Shown here: positions 25,358 through 38,682 of the stretch, piece by piece
Position numbering within the stretch: position 1 is the first letter of the stretch
Layout of the letters: each line of letters starts with the position of its first letter
DNA from: Camelus ferus
Taxonomy: Eukaryota
Assembly: GCF_009834535.1 (NCBI RefSeq)
Contig: NC_045697.1
Span: 89,406,001 to 89,470,000, forward strand
DNA length: 64,000 nt
Reading direction: 5' to 3'
Program-made: the position numbers and the translations under genes
Notes under the pieces: generated by a model
What the model was told of the DNA's origin: nothing
Database searches by the model: none
What the model saw: the letters and a program-made list of their open reading frames with translations, nothing else

Positions 25358-26350
25358 TGCATTCTTTATTCAGTTATTCAGCAAAGAATTTTTGAGTGCC
25401 AGATCCTGTAGACACTGTACTGAACAAAACATAAAATTTCTGGTTTCATAAAATGTAGATGATCGAAAAATAAGTTAATATATGTAATAACTCAGGCAGT
25501 GAATAATCCTATATAGACAAGCAAAGTGAAGAATATGAAAAGAAATGTTCATGTATGATGAAGCATTATGCTGTACACCAGAAATTGACACAACAGTGTA
25601 AGCTGACTATATGTCAATTTAAAAAAATTTTTAAAAAGCAAAGCACTGTAAGAGGATCCAGAGGGACTGGGGAAGTGGTACCATTATATACAGCTAGTCC
25701 TTTGAGAAAATGACATTTGGGTAAAGACTTGCAGGAAGTGAGTGAGAAGCAGGGTAGAATAACCTTACAAATAGAAGAAAGAGAAAGGGCAAAGACTTTG
25801 AGGCAGGAGTGTGGGTAACATGTTTGAGAAATAGTAAGGAGGCCAGTGTGGCTGACATGGAGTGAGTGAGGGAGAGAGAATTAGGACTTGAAAGAGAGAT
25901 GACAAGAGAAAAGAGAAGTGGAAAGAACAGGAATGGCCTTTTAGTGCATGGGAAGAATTTTGGAATTTTATAACCGACTGGAGGATTTTGAACAAAGATG
26001 TGCTTTTATCTGATTTAAATTTTAGAGAACTCTGGCTAATATGTGATTAGATTACAAGGCAGGGGTAGAAGTGGGGAAACAAAACATGAAGTTTTCGCAG
26101 TCAACCACATGACAGATAGCAGTGCTGGCACCAGGACAGTAGCATTTATAAAGCAAGAAGTGGTCCGATTCAGAATGCATTTTGAAGGTATTGTTAACAG
26201 GATTGGCTGATAGACATGGAAAATGAAAGGCAGACCTCTAAGGTGACTCCCTAGTTTTAGAGACTGAGCAACTGAAACACAGTGTTTCTGTTCAGTGTGA
26301 TGATTAGATTACTATTGAGAAACTGAGTTTGTTTTGGACATGTTAAGTTC
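25358..26350 (-). mobile_element. L2 fragment
   Basis: attcagcaaagaatttttgagtgcc; aggaggccagtgtggctg; tgcattttgaaggta; ttttggacatgttaagtt. Confidence 0.8.
25527..25635 (+). mobile_element. Very short young L1 3'-end insertion inside L2
   Basis: tatgctgtacaccagaaattgacacaaca...ctgactatatgtcaat + A-rich tail; same 3' end as the 49505 element; probable TSD aagcaaag (25519-25526 / 25636-25643). Confidence 0.75.
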
Positions 26351-29300
26351 AAGCACAGGTGTATTCTAGTACCAGCGAGCTGTTTGTTATGACCGGAGCA
26401 TCAGACTCAAAGGAGCAAATAGGGCTGGGAGGTGAGTAGACTGTCACATGTATGTACACCAAGGACATGGGTACTTTATCTTCCCAGACTACAAGTGGCC
26501 TGTGTTAAATGATAAGCATCTCTTCTTCTGAGTAGCACTCAGTACTTCAAAATACTGTCTGTTTCTGGCACCCACACCTCTTGTAGCCAGATGGATGATT
26601 GGAAACCAACAGCTCTGTATTTGCTTCATTGCTCACCTCTTAACTAGGGACTTTGCTTTGGGGGATTTTGTTTTTAATTTAATAAGAAGTAGTAAGTTGA
26701 AGATACTGTTGGAAATAAAAGGAGAAAGATAGCTTGAGACCAGATAAGTGAGAGTCTTGAAAATCAGCATAGTTTAGACTTTATGGGTAAATGTGCGTAT
26801 TAGTGAAACTAACTATCGTGATGAAAACTGTAAAGAAGCTTAATCCAGCAACAATATCAAAGCTAGATGGACCTGAAGAAGACTTCCACTAGGACTAGAG
26901 TTAATCAGAATGGCGATATGAGACAGACTGGCAAAGGCCACAACAAGAGACGTCTGATCTCTTCTCCCATTTTTTGATTATTATTTTTTGTGGCATATTA
27001 TCCAATTATGACATTTAACAACATCTCTTCAGTTGCCAAAACGAAAATGTAGAATCACATTGTCTTTCCCCCGTTCTATAACCAGTTGGTTGCCAAATAC
27101 TATATATCCCCAGTTTTTAGTGGGGTTTTTTTGTTTTTTGTTTTTTTTACCTTTTTCTTGATTCTTCTACTACTACCCACTGTTCAAGAAATGTTTTCTG
27201 CTAAAATCAGATGTGTGCAGTTACCTTTTGAGCTTGAAACAAGCAGACTGGAATTTTCCTCTGGTACCTCTTGTGTATAAAATCTTGTTTATAAAATTTC
27301 AAAAGGAAGTAGGCAAACAGGGAAGAATCTTAATTCTAAATTTGGTTCATTGAGTAGCAGAGTTCTTAGCTTCTAAGGGTATTAAATTTTCTTCAAAAAA
27401 CAGAAAAAAAATCATGTTTTGCCACTACAGATCTCTCCCTCAACTTAGATGAAATCATTGCTACCCACTCCTATAGAAATAATGCTCTCCATGGTTGAGA
27501 GACTTTCTTGATGAGGTATCTTGTTTAACTTAGTACTCAGTGCTGTGCTTAGTTTTCTTCCTGGTGGGAACCCAGCATGTGATCACAGAATGAATAGATG
27601 AAATGAAATTTTAAAACTTAGCTATTACTTTTGTTTTTCATCTTTCTTGTAGGAATATTTACACTTAGTATTCCCCTTTCCCCCTTATTTATATCAGCTC
27701 CCATTAGTAAGTATATTTACTGGTTTAAAAATAAACACTATAAAGGTTATTATTTCCTTCCTTCATCCTACAATGTACCTCTCATTCAGACAATAGAAAT
27801 GTTAAATATGTGAGGGGATTAGAAAGAATGACCAGTATCACTTGAGGCTTAGAGTTTTGTATTCATAAATGTGATTTCTGACACACAGTCATTGAAAATG
27901 TTATGCTCTAACAAAGTCATCGAATTTCTATACATAAATTTAGCTCAGGTCACCCATGAACGAAATCAGTAGCTATGATCTTAAGTGGCATATGAATGAA
28001 ATATATTGTAGGGTGAATGAATTATTTTCCCTAGTTTCAAACTAAAATTGCATCATTTCTGAATTGATGAATTAGCTGTCATGATACATGGTAACTTAGA
28101 AATGATAATTCTTCTTTCAGTGGAGTTTCAAGAATATAGGTTAAACCTGTTATTTCTTCTGAGTGAAAATGGCACTGCTTGCTTCACTACAATTTTTTGA
28201 AATAAGCTAAACAGGGTAGTACATGAGAGGATCTGAAAATACTCATTGTCAATTTTGAGAAACTACAGGGCATCTCTCTTCTGGTGTAGATAAGAGATGC
28301 CATGTTTGTCTTAACAATAAAATCAAATAAAATACAAATTTTTAAAACTTCAGTAGCAAGATCATCTACATTTTCTTTTTATTTTTGTTTCCAAGAATAA
28401 AATAATTTAAAAAAAAAAACGCCTTTTTCTTTCTCTATCCCATTATTCGGCTGAATTCAACATGATACACCATACATTTTCATAACATTACATATTTCCA
28501 AGTTTTCCTCAAAAATAACTTTTAGGTACAATTGTTATTATAGTTATAGCAGGGTTGATGATTTTGTGTGATATATACATGAAAGACAACTTTCATTTTA
28601 AAAGGATCTATTTTTAAAAATTTTTTTTCTGTAATTATATGTAAATGTGAAATATATCTGATACTTCAGAATCTCAAATATTTTTACTGTTAAAAATTTT
28701 ATATGAAGCATTCTGCTTCATTCATCACAATTAAAGAAAATTATACATTTTACAACTGTCAAACTTTTAGTGAATGTATATACATTTTATTAATAATTTT
28801 ATGTAGCTATATATGTATTTTGTGAATCTATTCTAGATTGAAAAAATCTAGGTAAAAAATAGAAAATAGTAACTTAGCAAGAAATCAGTATCATAAAACG
28901 TTCAAAACACGTTTGAAATATGATTAGAAAGTATGTCATAAAGTTGGAATATAATTATGAATAATAATTAAGAAGGTAATAATACTCTTTGAAAAGCTTA
29001 GTTTTTAGTGGTTTCCTAAGTATATATTCCACCCTCTTTTGTTGAAGAATTTGCCACTAGTTAGTATTTGACAAATTTGTGTATAAATTAATTTTAATCT
29101 AACATGTTTTAATAATTGTTACGATATTAATAAAACCATATTTAAATATTACATTTCTCCAAGTGAAATTTGATGATATGGCTTGCAACTTCTCTAGTAG
29201 ATCTGTGTTAAAAAAAATTAAGGTCAAGTGAGTCTTAATTCTTTTCAGACTGCTTGTGACTCAGTGCTGGTTTATTGGGAAATATATTAAAATTTACGTT

Positions 29301-29849
29301 GCAATACCATTCACTCTCACAATATCTTTCTAGGCTCTTGAGAATAACAGCTGCTTATATTTTAAGAATTTAAAACAAAATACAAAAAAAGATAAAAAGA
29401 AAGGGGAAAAAAAAAGAGCCTTAATTCGTCTTTCTCACCATGGGAACAGTTTTAGAGCAAAATATATTTTATTTACTAATATTCTTCATATATATTAAAT
29501 GGTACCATACTGAGTAATGCAGTGTTATAAGCAAATAAGTGGTCATTTCATTCAACTCTTAAGAAAAATAGTCATTCTTCAGTGGGTGGGGAGTGTAACT
29601 GTTGCTTGCTACCCTTTCTGTCCATCTTCCGCTTTGTAATAGGTCTCCCTGAATTTTTGCTGTGTGTACGTTGATCTAATAGGATTAACAGTAAGAAATA
29701 AAATTAATAGTAAGAAATGACTACATTTCCTAACTTGACTTGCAGGCAGGTATAGCCTTGTGTGTACATTTAGGATAAAAAATGTATCAGGAAAAACTGT
29801 TGTGAGTAACTCTTCATGTCATTACTTAGAAAGACAGAGATGCTCTTGC

Positions 29850-30030
29850 CATGTGCTTGGGGAAGGGCAACTCCAGAAACATTGTAAGTCTGCTAGTGAA
29901 GATGGCAGAGCCACTCTGCCAGGTGGTGACTGCTCAGTTTAGACTGTTACATGAGAGAGAAATGTTTCCTCCGTATTTGAACACAGTATTTTGGAATCTC
30001 TTTGTTACAGCAGCTTAACTTCCACTAAAC
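29850..30030 (+). mobile_element. MLT1J/K-like LTR fragment
   Basis: gaagatggcagagcc...tagactgttacatgagagagaaat...tctctttgttacagcagctta. Confidence 0.65.
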
Positions 30031-32204
30031 AGATAAAGTATTCAAATGCTATTACTAATGGAAAATCTTTATAAATGTTCAGTGTACATAGCATAATACA
30101 ATAAAAGTATCATGAAAGTTACTGGATTCTATGCATATTTGTATAATCCTAAAGCTTTGTCTACATTGCAAATACCAGTTTCTTTTTTATATATGTGGAA
30201 CAAGGCCAGGAATGAAAAGGAAAGAAGGGGTGGGAATAAATAAGAGGATAATAATCGAATTAGAAATAAAAGGAAGTTGGAGGATATAAAATTTTGAAAT
30301 TTTAGAAGATAAGGAAGAGTAGCCTAAACTATTGGTATGTGATGAGAAACAGTTCAGATAAAAATGATTTCAATAAAAAATCCTTTAAGTACATGATCTC
30401 CTTCCATGATCTTTTTCTTAATATAAGCAGAAAATTACCTCCGTGTAATCCAGGAAGAACACTATACTTCATTAAATGATTAAATTAATAGCTTCTAAAG
30501 ATAATCCATGCTGAGTGTGAATGAAGGCAGGCATATGTAACTAGCTTTTAAGAGTAAGTGTGTATCTTTCGTTTTTTGAAAATATAATTTAATTTAATAT
30601 CAAAATAATATTTATTTCTGACTGTATGTCTGAAACACTGAAAAGCTTAACTAAAGGGCTAAGCTTCTATGAGTTCTTTGTAGGTGGTCAAATTTTAAAT
30701 GAACCTGAAATTATTAATTTCATCTGTAAGTAAAGAGCTTGAATAAGAAACCCAAGGCATTTTAAGTAACAGAATTCCTATTAGTTAGCATTGAACTGTC
30801 ACTTATTAAAATGTGACAGAAAGATGGGATCTTTAGACTCTTAACATCCTTTTTTTTTGAGCACATATGAAGTGCTAAAGCCAAATGTTTTAAAATGTCC
30901 TATTCCCTTCTTTGAGGCTCAACTTTGCATCAGATAATTTTTCATGAATAATGGCAAATTTCACAGCTCTGATTTTCTTTTTTATTTTTCTTGCAGAAAA
31001 TTCATAAAATAAAACCACATTGCTTTAAAGCAGAACACATGGTTAGTTTTTAGGAGAGAAGTGAAAAATCTTTAGTTTGTCTACCAGTGTAATTATTGGC
31101 AGCCGTTAAATTCTATATACAACATAAGGCATAAATTAGCTGATCACCAACATGTGTGTAGCCACAAGGTAACAAATATTAAATGTGGGGAAAAGGGAGA
31201 AAATGAAACAGGTTAATAGGTGATGACAAAGAGATAAGATGTTTAGTTCTTTGTTGACTAGGTTTTGCAACATGTCATTTGTTTTAGTCTTCAATGCCAG
31301 TTGTTACTCAACATTTTTATGAAAAGAGTCATTTTATGATATCAGTTTTCATTTTTAGTGGTCTTCTTGCAAGGTAAACTGCATTTGGACAAGAAAAAAG
31401 AAAATGGCAACGAATGCAAATAGGGCCACATTTTTCTAAGAGTAAAAGACTAATGTTAAGTCACTCTGTCAACATAGATTCAGAGCCTAAAGGGGAAAAA
31501 AAAAAAGAGTAAAGTGCCATAAGTGATTTGTTTCACTGTCCAATTTTGCTGAGGACTCTACTTCTGCAATTAGGAGCTGATGACAGCTCACCATATTTAA
31601 CTTGAACGTGTAGGTTCTTTTTAACAAATTTGTGGGAAAAGAACAGCGGTGAAGATTTTCACATTTTACAAACTCTGCCCAAATACTAAAGTTTCGGAGT
31701 TACCAAAGAATAACTTAGATGAAAATATAAAATGTATAATAGGCTATCCTTCATACATAAATATAATATTACTGACCCACTGTCCAGACAGCACACACGA
31801 CTTTCTTTCCATCGGTGATGATGTATTTACATTCTTAAATTCACAACTTCACTTATCCCTCTGTGATCAAAGATGCCTGATGGGGAACTGTCATGTGTAT
31901 CATGGGGCAGACGGAAGCTGACTGGAACTCAGGAAACTTAACTGCATCACTAACACTCAGTATGGCAAAGCAACCAGAGACCAAAAAAAAAAAGAAGAAG
32001 AAGAAAAAGCACCAAGACAGACATTCCTAAAGCTGAATTTTAACTCATAAGAGCTGACATTTGTTTAATATTTGCTGTTTACAAATGATTTTTATATCCA
32101 TTTTCTTATTCAAAACCATGCTGTTCCTACTAAGCAGGACTTATAATCACATCTATGTTAAAGACTTGAAATTGGGACCCAGGGAAGTTATGTAGTTAAG
32201 TCAG

Positions 32205-32450
32205 ACTCAGGAGACAGAATTTTATGGTGGCTAAAACCTGGCCTTTGGTCTGAATTCAAGTCCTGAGTCTACCTCCAAAAGAAGCTTTATGACCTTCTGT
32301 AAATTCAGTTATGGTCCCAGCCTCAATACCTCTATCTATAAAATTGGGGTTAAAAATAGCATCTAGTTTATAAAGATGTTGAGAAAATTACATGGCTAAT
32401 CCTCTAAAGTGCTTAGTCAGTATTAGACCTGCTCTGAACAATGGCAGTCT
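32205..32450 (+). mobile_element. MIR
   Basis: gaattcaagtcctgagtctacc...gcctcaatacctctatctataaaattgggg...aaagtgcttag. Confidence 0.65.
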
Positions 32451-32629
32451 TACTACTGCTATTACTATTACTCTTATTATTACTGTTGTCATCATTACCC
32501 AGATATTCATGATCGCCTCAGTACATCCTGCTTGAAATTGTGATAAGATCATTTACTTTAAATTAATATTTTATATAAAGTATAAAATTTCAAGTACATG
32601 ATATTCGACTGTCAGTATTCTTATTCTTA

Positions 32630-32830
32630 AGTCAAAGAGATAGATTCTAAACCTGGCTTTGTCACCCTTTAAAGTGCTGTTAGTCCTATTAGTTTAACCT
32701 TGAGTCTCCATTTCCACTTGTGTTATATTGGGCTGATAGTACCTGCTCTGCCATACTTACTGAATTGTGAGGATCAAGTGAATAAGGACATTGAAAACTG
32801 GAAAGTACTGCACATGTGTGAAGTATCATT
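32630..32830 (+). mobile_element. MIR
   Basis: tttaaccttgagtctccatttcc...ttgtgaggatcaagtgaataa. Confidence 0.6.
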
Positions 32831-35800
32831 AGTACTTAGGAAATAATTGTGGAGAAGTCAAATCTTACCATAGAATTTCTCTGGCTTCTCACCATCTGGT
32901 ATTGCCTTACCAACCTTCAACTGAATTGTGCCTTACCATGTTCGAATGAAGAAGAAAGAAAATGTCTTTCAGTCTCAGTAATTTGTATTTGCAAACATTT
33001 TCCTCTCAAAGTAATTTTAAGAAAATTAGAGACATTATTAGGTAACCATCGAGCAAGATACTGAAGTACCTGATTCATTTCATGTTCAGTGTGATCACAG
33101 GAGTTAAAATGATGAGATAAAATGGAACCTTTTAGCCAGCACATGTGTTTCATTGTATGTTGAGTTGTAAAATCCCCATTTCTGATTTTTAAAGTACTTT
33201 CTCTTTTGACTCTTTTCAACAAAAGTAGTTTTGAACATGTGGTAAAGTGTAAAACAGTACAGCTGTAGAGGGGTTGTGATTAACTCCAGTCTGCCTTCTG
33301 ATTTGTTAACAAATATATCAGCTCCATTTTGATTTGGATCTTTTCAATTGATAAGAGCTAATAAGAAATGGCTTCAATTTTTAGTCCCTGCATCAGAAAT
33401 TAGAGCTTCAGTGAGAAATAAAAATTGACCTTGCTAATAAATTGTGTTTCTTTGAAGCGATACTCAAGAATACAGAGTTCACAAAGAGAAGCAACCTAAC
33501 ACATAACATTTGTTGAATGTTTATGTAACAACTCCTTGGTGCAAATACAGCAGTGAACAAATCAATAAGAATCTGTGTCCTATATAGTTACATTCTCAAT
33601 GTATTATGCAAGGTAACAGAAAAGAAAGATATTTTTCATGGTTATATATGAGTTTAGCACAATACTTTAAATCCACTCCCTTTGTATGTTTTCAGAGATG
33701 TTTATAAAACACTGTTACTGAAAGGTGAATGAAAACCTTTGGGTTATTTGAAAATTGCTGAAGGAAATGTTTCTGTAGATCTTACAGCAGATAAAATTAA
33801 TACACTTTCAGTAAATTTGGAAGTCAAGAGTATGCCACCCGGATGGCCCTGAATTCTCCCATCTTCTGTCCATAACCATTACTTTAACATCAGAATTAAA
33901 TAGCTGGCGCCTCCACCACTTTCTGTGGTGTGCCCAGAGTTCCCACCTCCTCTGCAAATCCCACCCGTGTTCTCATGCGGAGGGTTACACTTGATTCAGG
34001 CCTCGGAAACTGCTGGTGTGATTGCCTTTCCTGTGACCTCCGCTTCCTAACAGTGTGTTCTGTGCCGGACCACACCCAGGCTCTTTCAAGCACTCATTAC
34101 AGGCCCACTCAACTGTTTTCTGTGCCCTGGATTCCTTGCCCTTCTCCCCAGCGTTGCTGACTGAAGAGACAAAATTTCTGATCCTTTTTTTACACAAACT
34201 GTTTTAACATTATCCAAGTACCTCCCGTTTAGGCCCAGTAAGGCACCTTAGTCTCTTCCAGTACAGGAGAGTAAATCAGTAAGAGCCGATCAGGGGACTT
34301 TTTTCAAGGAAGAAACAGGTTTATTGCTTTTCTTCCCCTAGAAAGATGTACAGTACACACACACATGCATATTCACTTCAACACACACGTGTTTGTGTAT
34401 TTCTCAGTAGAAAATACACCCCTTTTCTACTCGCCTGTTTTTGTATGACTGTTAGTAGGAGGACATAGAGTAAGTTCTGTCTTCACTGAATATTTAGGTG
34501 GTTTGGACAAATTAACTGGTATTAGCTTAGTTGAATTAACTAAGAAATCAGAAATACTCTGTCAGAGGAGTTTGGGGATAGTTATATGAGGTAACATACG
34601 TGAAATACAGATGTTATAATTCGCAATCACTCTTCACTTGCAGGAAGGTTAATTCTTCTTTCCTGGTCTCCAAACTCTCCCTTCCCCCTAGTCTGTGTTT
34701 GGTCGTGCTGTTTCAGGTAATTGATTCTTCCCGCTAACTTTACCTGCCTTAGGTCCTTCTAGCCCTCCTGCCTGGAATACTTCTACTTTTGTTTTTAATT
34801 TAGTAGAATTTTTGACACCATTTTCAATTTTAAAAAATTTAACAGATAGGAGAGTTCACATACTCTCCCTTTTCCTCTCCCTCCCACAGCTTCCCCATTG
34901 TTAACATTTTGTGTTAGTGTTGTGTATTTGTTAGAACTGAGGGACCAATATTGATACATGATTATTCACTGAAGTTCATAGTTTACATCAGGGTTCACCC
35001 TTGGTGGTGTATGTTCTATGGGCTTTTACAAATGCATAATGACATGTATCCATCATTATGATACCATCTAGTGTAGTTTCACTGACCTAACTCCTTGCGT
35101 TCTGCCTATCCATCCTTCCCACCAACACCCGCTGGCAAACACTAGTATTTCTACTGTCCCTAAAAGTTTACTTTTCCTAGAATGTGATATAGTTGGAATA
35201 ATAGTATGTACCCTTTAAAGACTGACTGCTTTCTCTAAGAAATATGCACTTAAGTTTTCTCCATGTCTTTTTGTTGCTTGATAGCTTATTTCTTTTTAAT
35301 GCTGAATAATATTCCATTGTATGGATGTAGTAGAATTCGATTCACCTATTGAAAGATATTTTAGTTGCTTCTATTTGGCAGCTATGAATAAAACTGCTGT
35401 AAGCATTCCTGTGCAAATTTTTGTGTTTCCAGCTCATTTGAACACATACCTAAGATCACAAATGCAGGATCATATGGTGAGACTACACTTAGTTTTCTAG
35501 GAAACTGCCAAAATGTCTCCCAAAGTGGCTGTAGGATTGTTTCATTCCCACTAGGAATAAGTGAGGGTTTGAATGGATTTTAGTCATTTCAAAATCACCT
35601 TATTTTAATTTGAAATTCCCTAATAACATACAATGTTGAGCATTTAATATGATTATTTGATATATGTATGTCATCTTTGGTGAGGTGTCTGTACTGATTT
35701 CTCTCCCATTTTTAAATTGTTTTTTTTTTTCAGTTTTAAGTGTTCTTTTCATATTTTGAATATAAGCTCTTTATCATCTATGTGTTTTGCAAATATTTTC

Positions 35801-37780
35801 TCAGTCTAGAGTTAATCTTTTTATTTTATTGGTGGAGAGTTTCACAGAGCAGTTCTAAATTTAATCATATCCAAAACATGAAGTTTTTTCTTTCATGGAT
35901 CAATGTATCTGTAACTAGTAGCCAATTCCGATGTCACATTTGATTTTACCCTATATTTTATAGTTTTGTGTTTTCCTTCTTTGTTTGTTTTTTCACCAGT
36001 ACCACAGTATCTTGATCACTATAGCTTTATAGCAAATTTTGAAGTTTGTGAGGTCATCTCTTAAGCTTTGTTCCTTTGCAGGATTATGCTGGTTATCTGT
36101 GGTCTTTTGTCTTTCCATAGAAACTGAAGAATCAATCTGTACATACTCATAGAATGATTTCCTTGGATTTTGATGGGGGTTGTGTTGAATCTATAGGTCA
36201 AGTGGGAAGATGTGACATCTTAAAAAGTGTCTTCCCATCAAGGAACGTGGATTATCTATTTAGATTCTTTAATTTCTTTCATCATAGTTTTGTAGTTATA
36301 TTAATACAGATCTTAAACACCTTTGTTAGATTGATATTCGAGTATTTCATTATTTTTGGTGATGTTGGTGATGTGTAGTTAATTTCCAATTTCAGTTCAT
36401 TACTGATGTTATAAGGCAACAATGGACTTTTTGCATATTTTTCTATTTTGCAACCTTGTTTAATAACTTATTTATAGGAGGGTTTTGGTCAATGTTTGAA
36501 ATTTTTTTGAATTAACAATTTTGCCATTTGTGAACAGGGCAGTTTTTTTTTTTTTTAACTCCTTTCCAATATGTATTCTAAACTTTTAGTTACTTGTAGT
36601 ATATTGTTGCATTGGCTAAGACCTCTAGTACGATGTTGAATAGGCGTGCTGTGTTGAAACAGGTTTGCTTTTTTCCAGGTCTTTGAGGGAAAACATCTGT
36701 TTTCTCACCATTAATTATGACTCTAGTTGTAGATTTTTTGGAGATGTTATTTTTCAAGTTGAGGACGTTTCCCTCTATTCTTAGTTTGCTGACAGTTTTT
36801 GTCATGAATGAGTGTTGAATTTTGTCAAATTATTTTTCTGAATCTATAATCATACAATTCATTTTTAGCCTGTTGATATGATGGATTACATTGATTTTTT
36901 AAAGTTTAACCAGGCTTACATACCTGGAATAAATCCCACTTGATTGAAATTATAATTCTATTTCTATATTGGTGGAATTGATTTGCTAGTATTTTTATGT
37001 GTATGTTTATGGCAGAGAAAAACCATGTATATTTTTTCTTCCTTGTAATATCCTTGTATTATTTTGGTATTGTAATGCTGGCTTCATAGAATGAGTTAAG
37101 TGTTTCCTCTGTTTCTATTTTCTGGAACTGACTTATAAAACTGGTATAATTTCTTCCTTAAATGTTTGGTAAAATTCACCAGTGAAACCATCTGGCCCTG
37201 GTGCTTTCTGTTTTGGAAGGTTATCATATTGATTAAATTTCTTTGATATACACTGGCATATTCAGATTATCTATTTCTCCTTGTTTGAGTTTTGGTAGAT
37301 TGTGTTTCAAGGGATTGGTCCATTTTATCTACATTATTAAATTTATGAGCATAGATTTTCTCAGTACTCTGTTATGGTCCTTTTAATGTTCATGGGCTCA
37401 ATCATGGTGGTCCCTTATTTACGTGCTTGCGCTCACTGTCATGTGCATGCTCTCTCTTTCCCTCTCTCCCTCCCTTTCTCTCCCTCTCTCTTTCTTTTTA
37501 AGCCTGGCTAGCAACTTGTCAGTTTTACTGATCTTCCTAAGAACCAGATCTTGGTTTCATTTTTTTTCTTCTGTTAATCCTGCTTTCAGTTTCATTGATT
37601 TCTGCTGTAATTATTACTTCTTCCCTTCTGATCAATTCAGGTTTATATTGCTCTTCATTTTCAAGTTTCCTAAAGTAAAAGATTATTGATGTTAGATCTT
37701 CCTTCTTTTCTATGTATATATTTATATGCAGTTATATAAATTTACCTTTAAAAGGCACTGTAGTTATTTCATTCCACTCA

Positions 37781-38682
37781 TTTTTTTTCTTTTCCATTAT
37801 AATTTATTATGAGATATTGAATATAGTTCCCTATACTGCACAGTAGGATATTGCCATTTATCTGTTTTATATGTAGTAGTTTGTATCTGCTAATCCCCAA
37901 ATCTTAATATATCCCCCCTCCTCCCACCTTCCCCCTTTGGCAAACAAAAGTTTGTTTTCTATGTTTGAGTCTGTTTCTGTTTTTGTAGGTTCATTTGTAC
38001 CGTATTTTAGATTCCACATATAAGTGATATCATATGGTATTCGTCTTTCTCTTTCTGACTTACATAATATGATAATCTCTAGGTCCATCCATGTTGCTGC
38101 AAATGGCATTATATTTTCTTTTTATGGCTGAGTAATATTCCATATGTACTACATCTTTATTCATTCACCTATCGATGGACATTTGGGTTGCTTTTATATC
38201 TTGGCTATTTTAAATAGTGCTGCTATGAACATTGAGGTACATGCATCTTTTCGAATTAGTTTTCATCTTTTCCAGATATATACCCAGGAATGGAATTGAT
38301 AGATCATATGACAGCTATATTTTTAATTTTTTAATGAACCTCTATACTGTGTTCCACAGTGGCTGCACCAATTTACACTCCCACTACCAGTGTAGGAAGG
38401 TTCCCTTTCCTCTGCATTCTCTTCAGCATTTAGTATTTGTTTTGATGAAGGCCATTCTGACCAGTGTGAGGTGATACCTCATTGTAGTTATGTTTTGCAT
38501 TTCTCTGATAATTAGTGATGTTGAGCATCTTTCATGTGCCTGTTGGGCATCTGTATGTCTTCTTTGAAGAAATGTCTACTTAGGTCTTCTGCTCATTTTT
38601 TGATTGGGTTTTTGTTGAGTTATATGAGTTGTTTGTGTATTTTGGATATTAATCCCTGTTGGTCACATCACTTGCAAATGCA
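37781..38682 (-). mobile_element. Younger L1 3' end nested in the old L1
   Basis: T-tail at left; ORF2 C-terminal peptide MPFAATWMDLEIIIL (37867-38109 frame). Confidence 0.9.
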
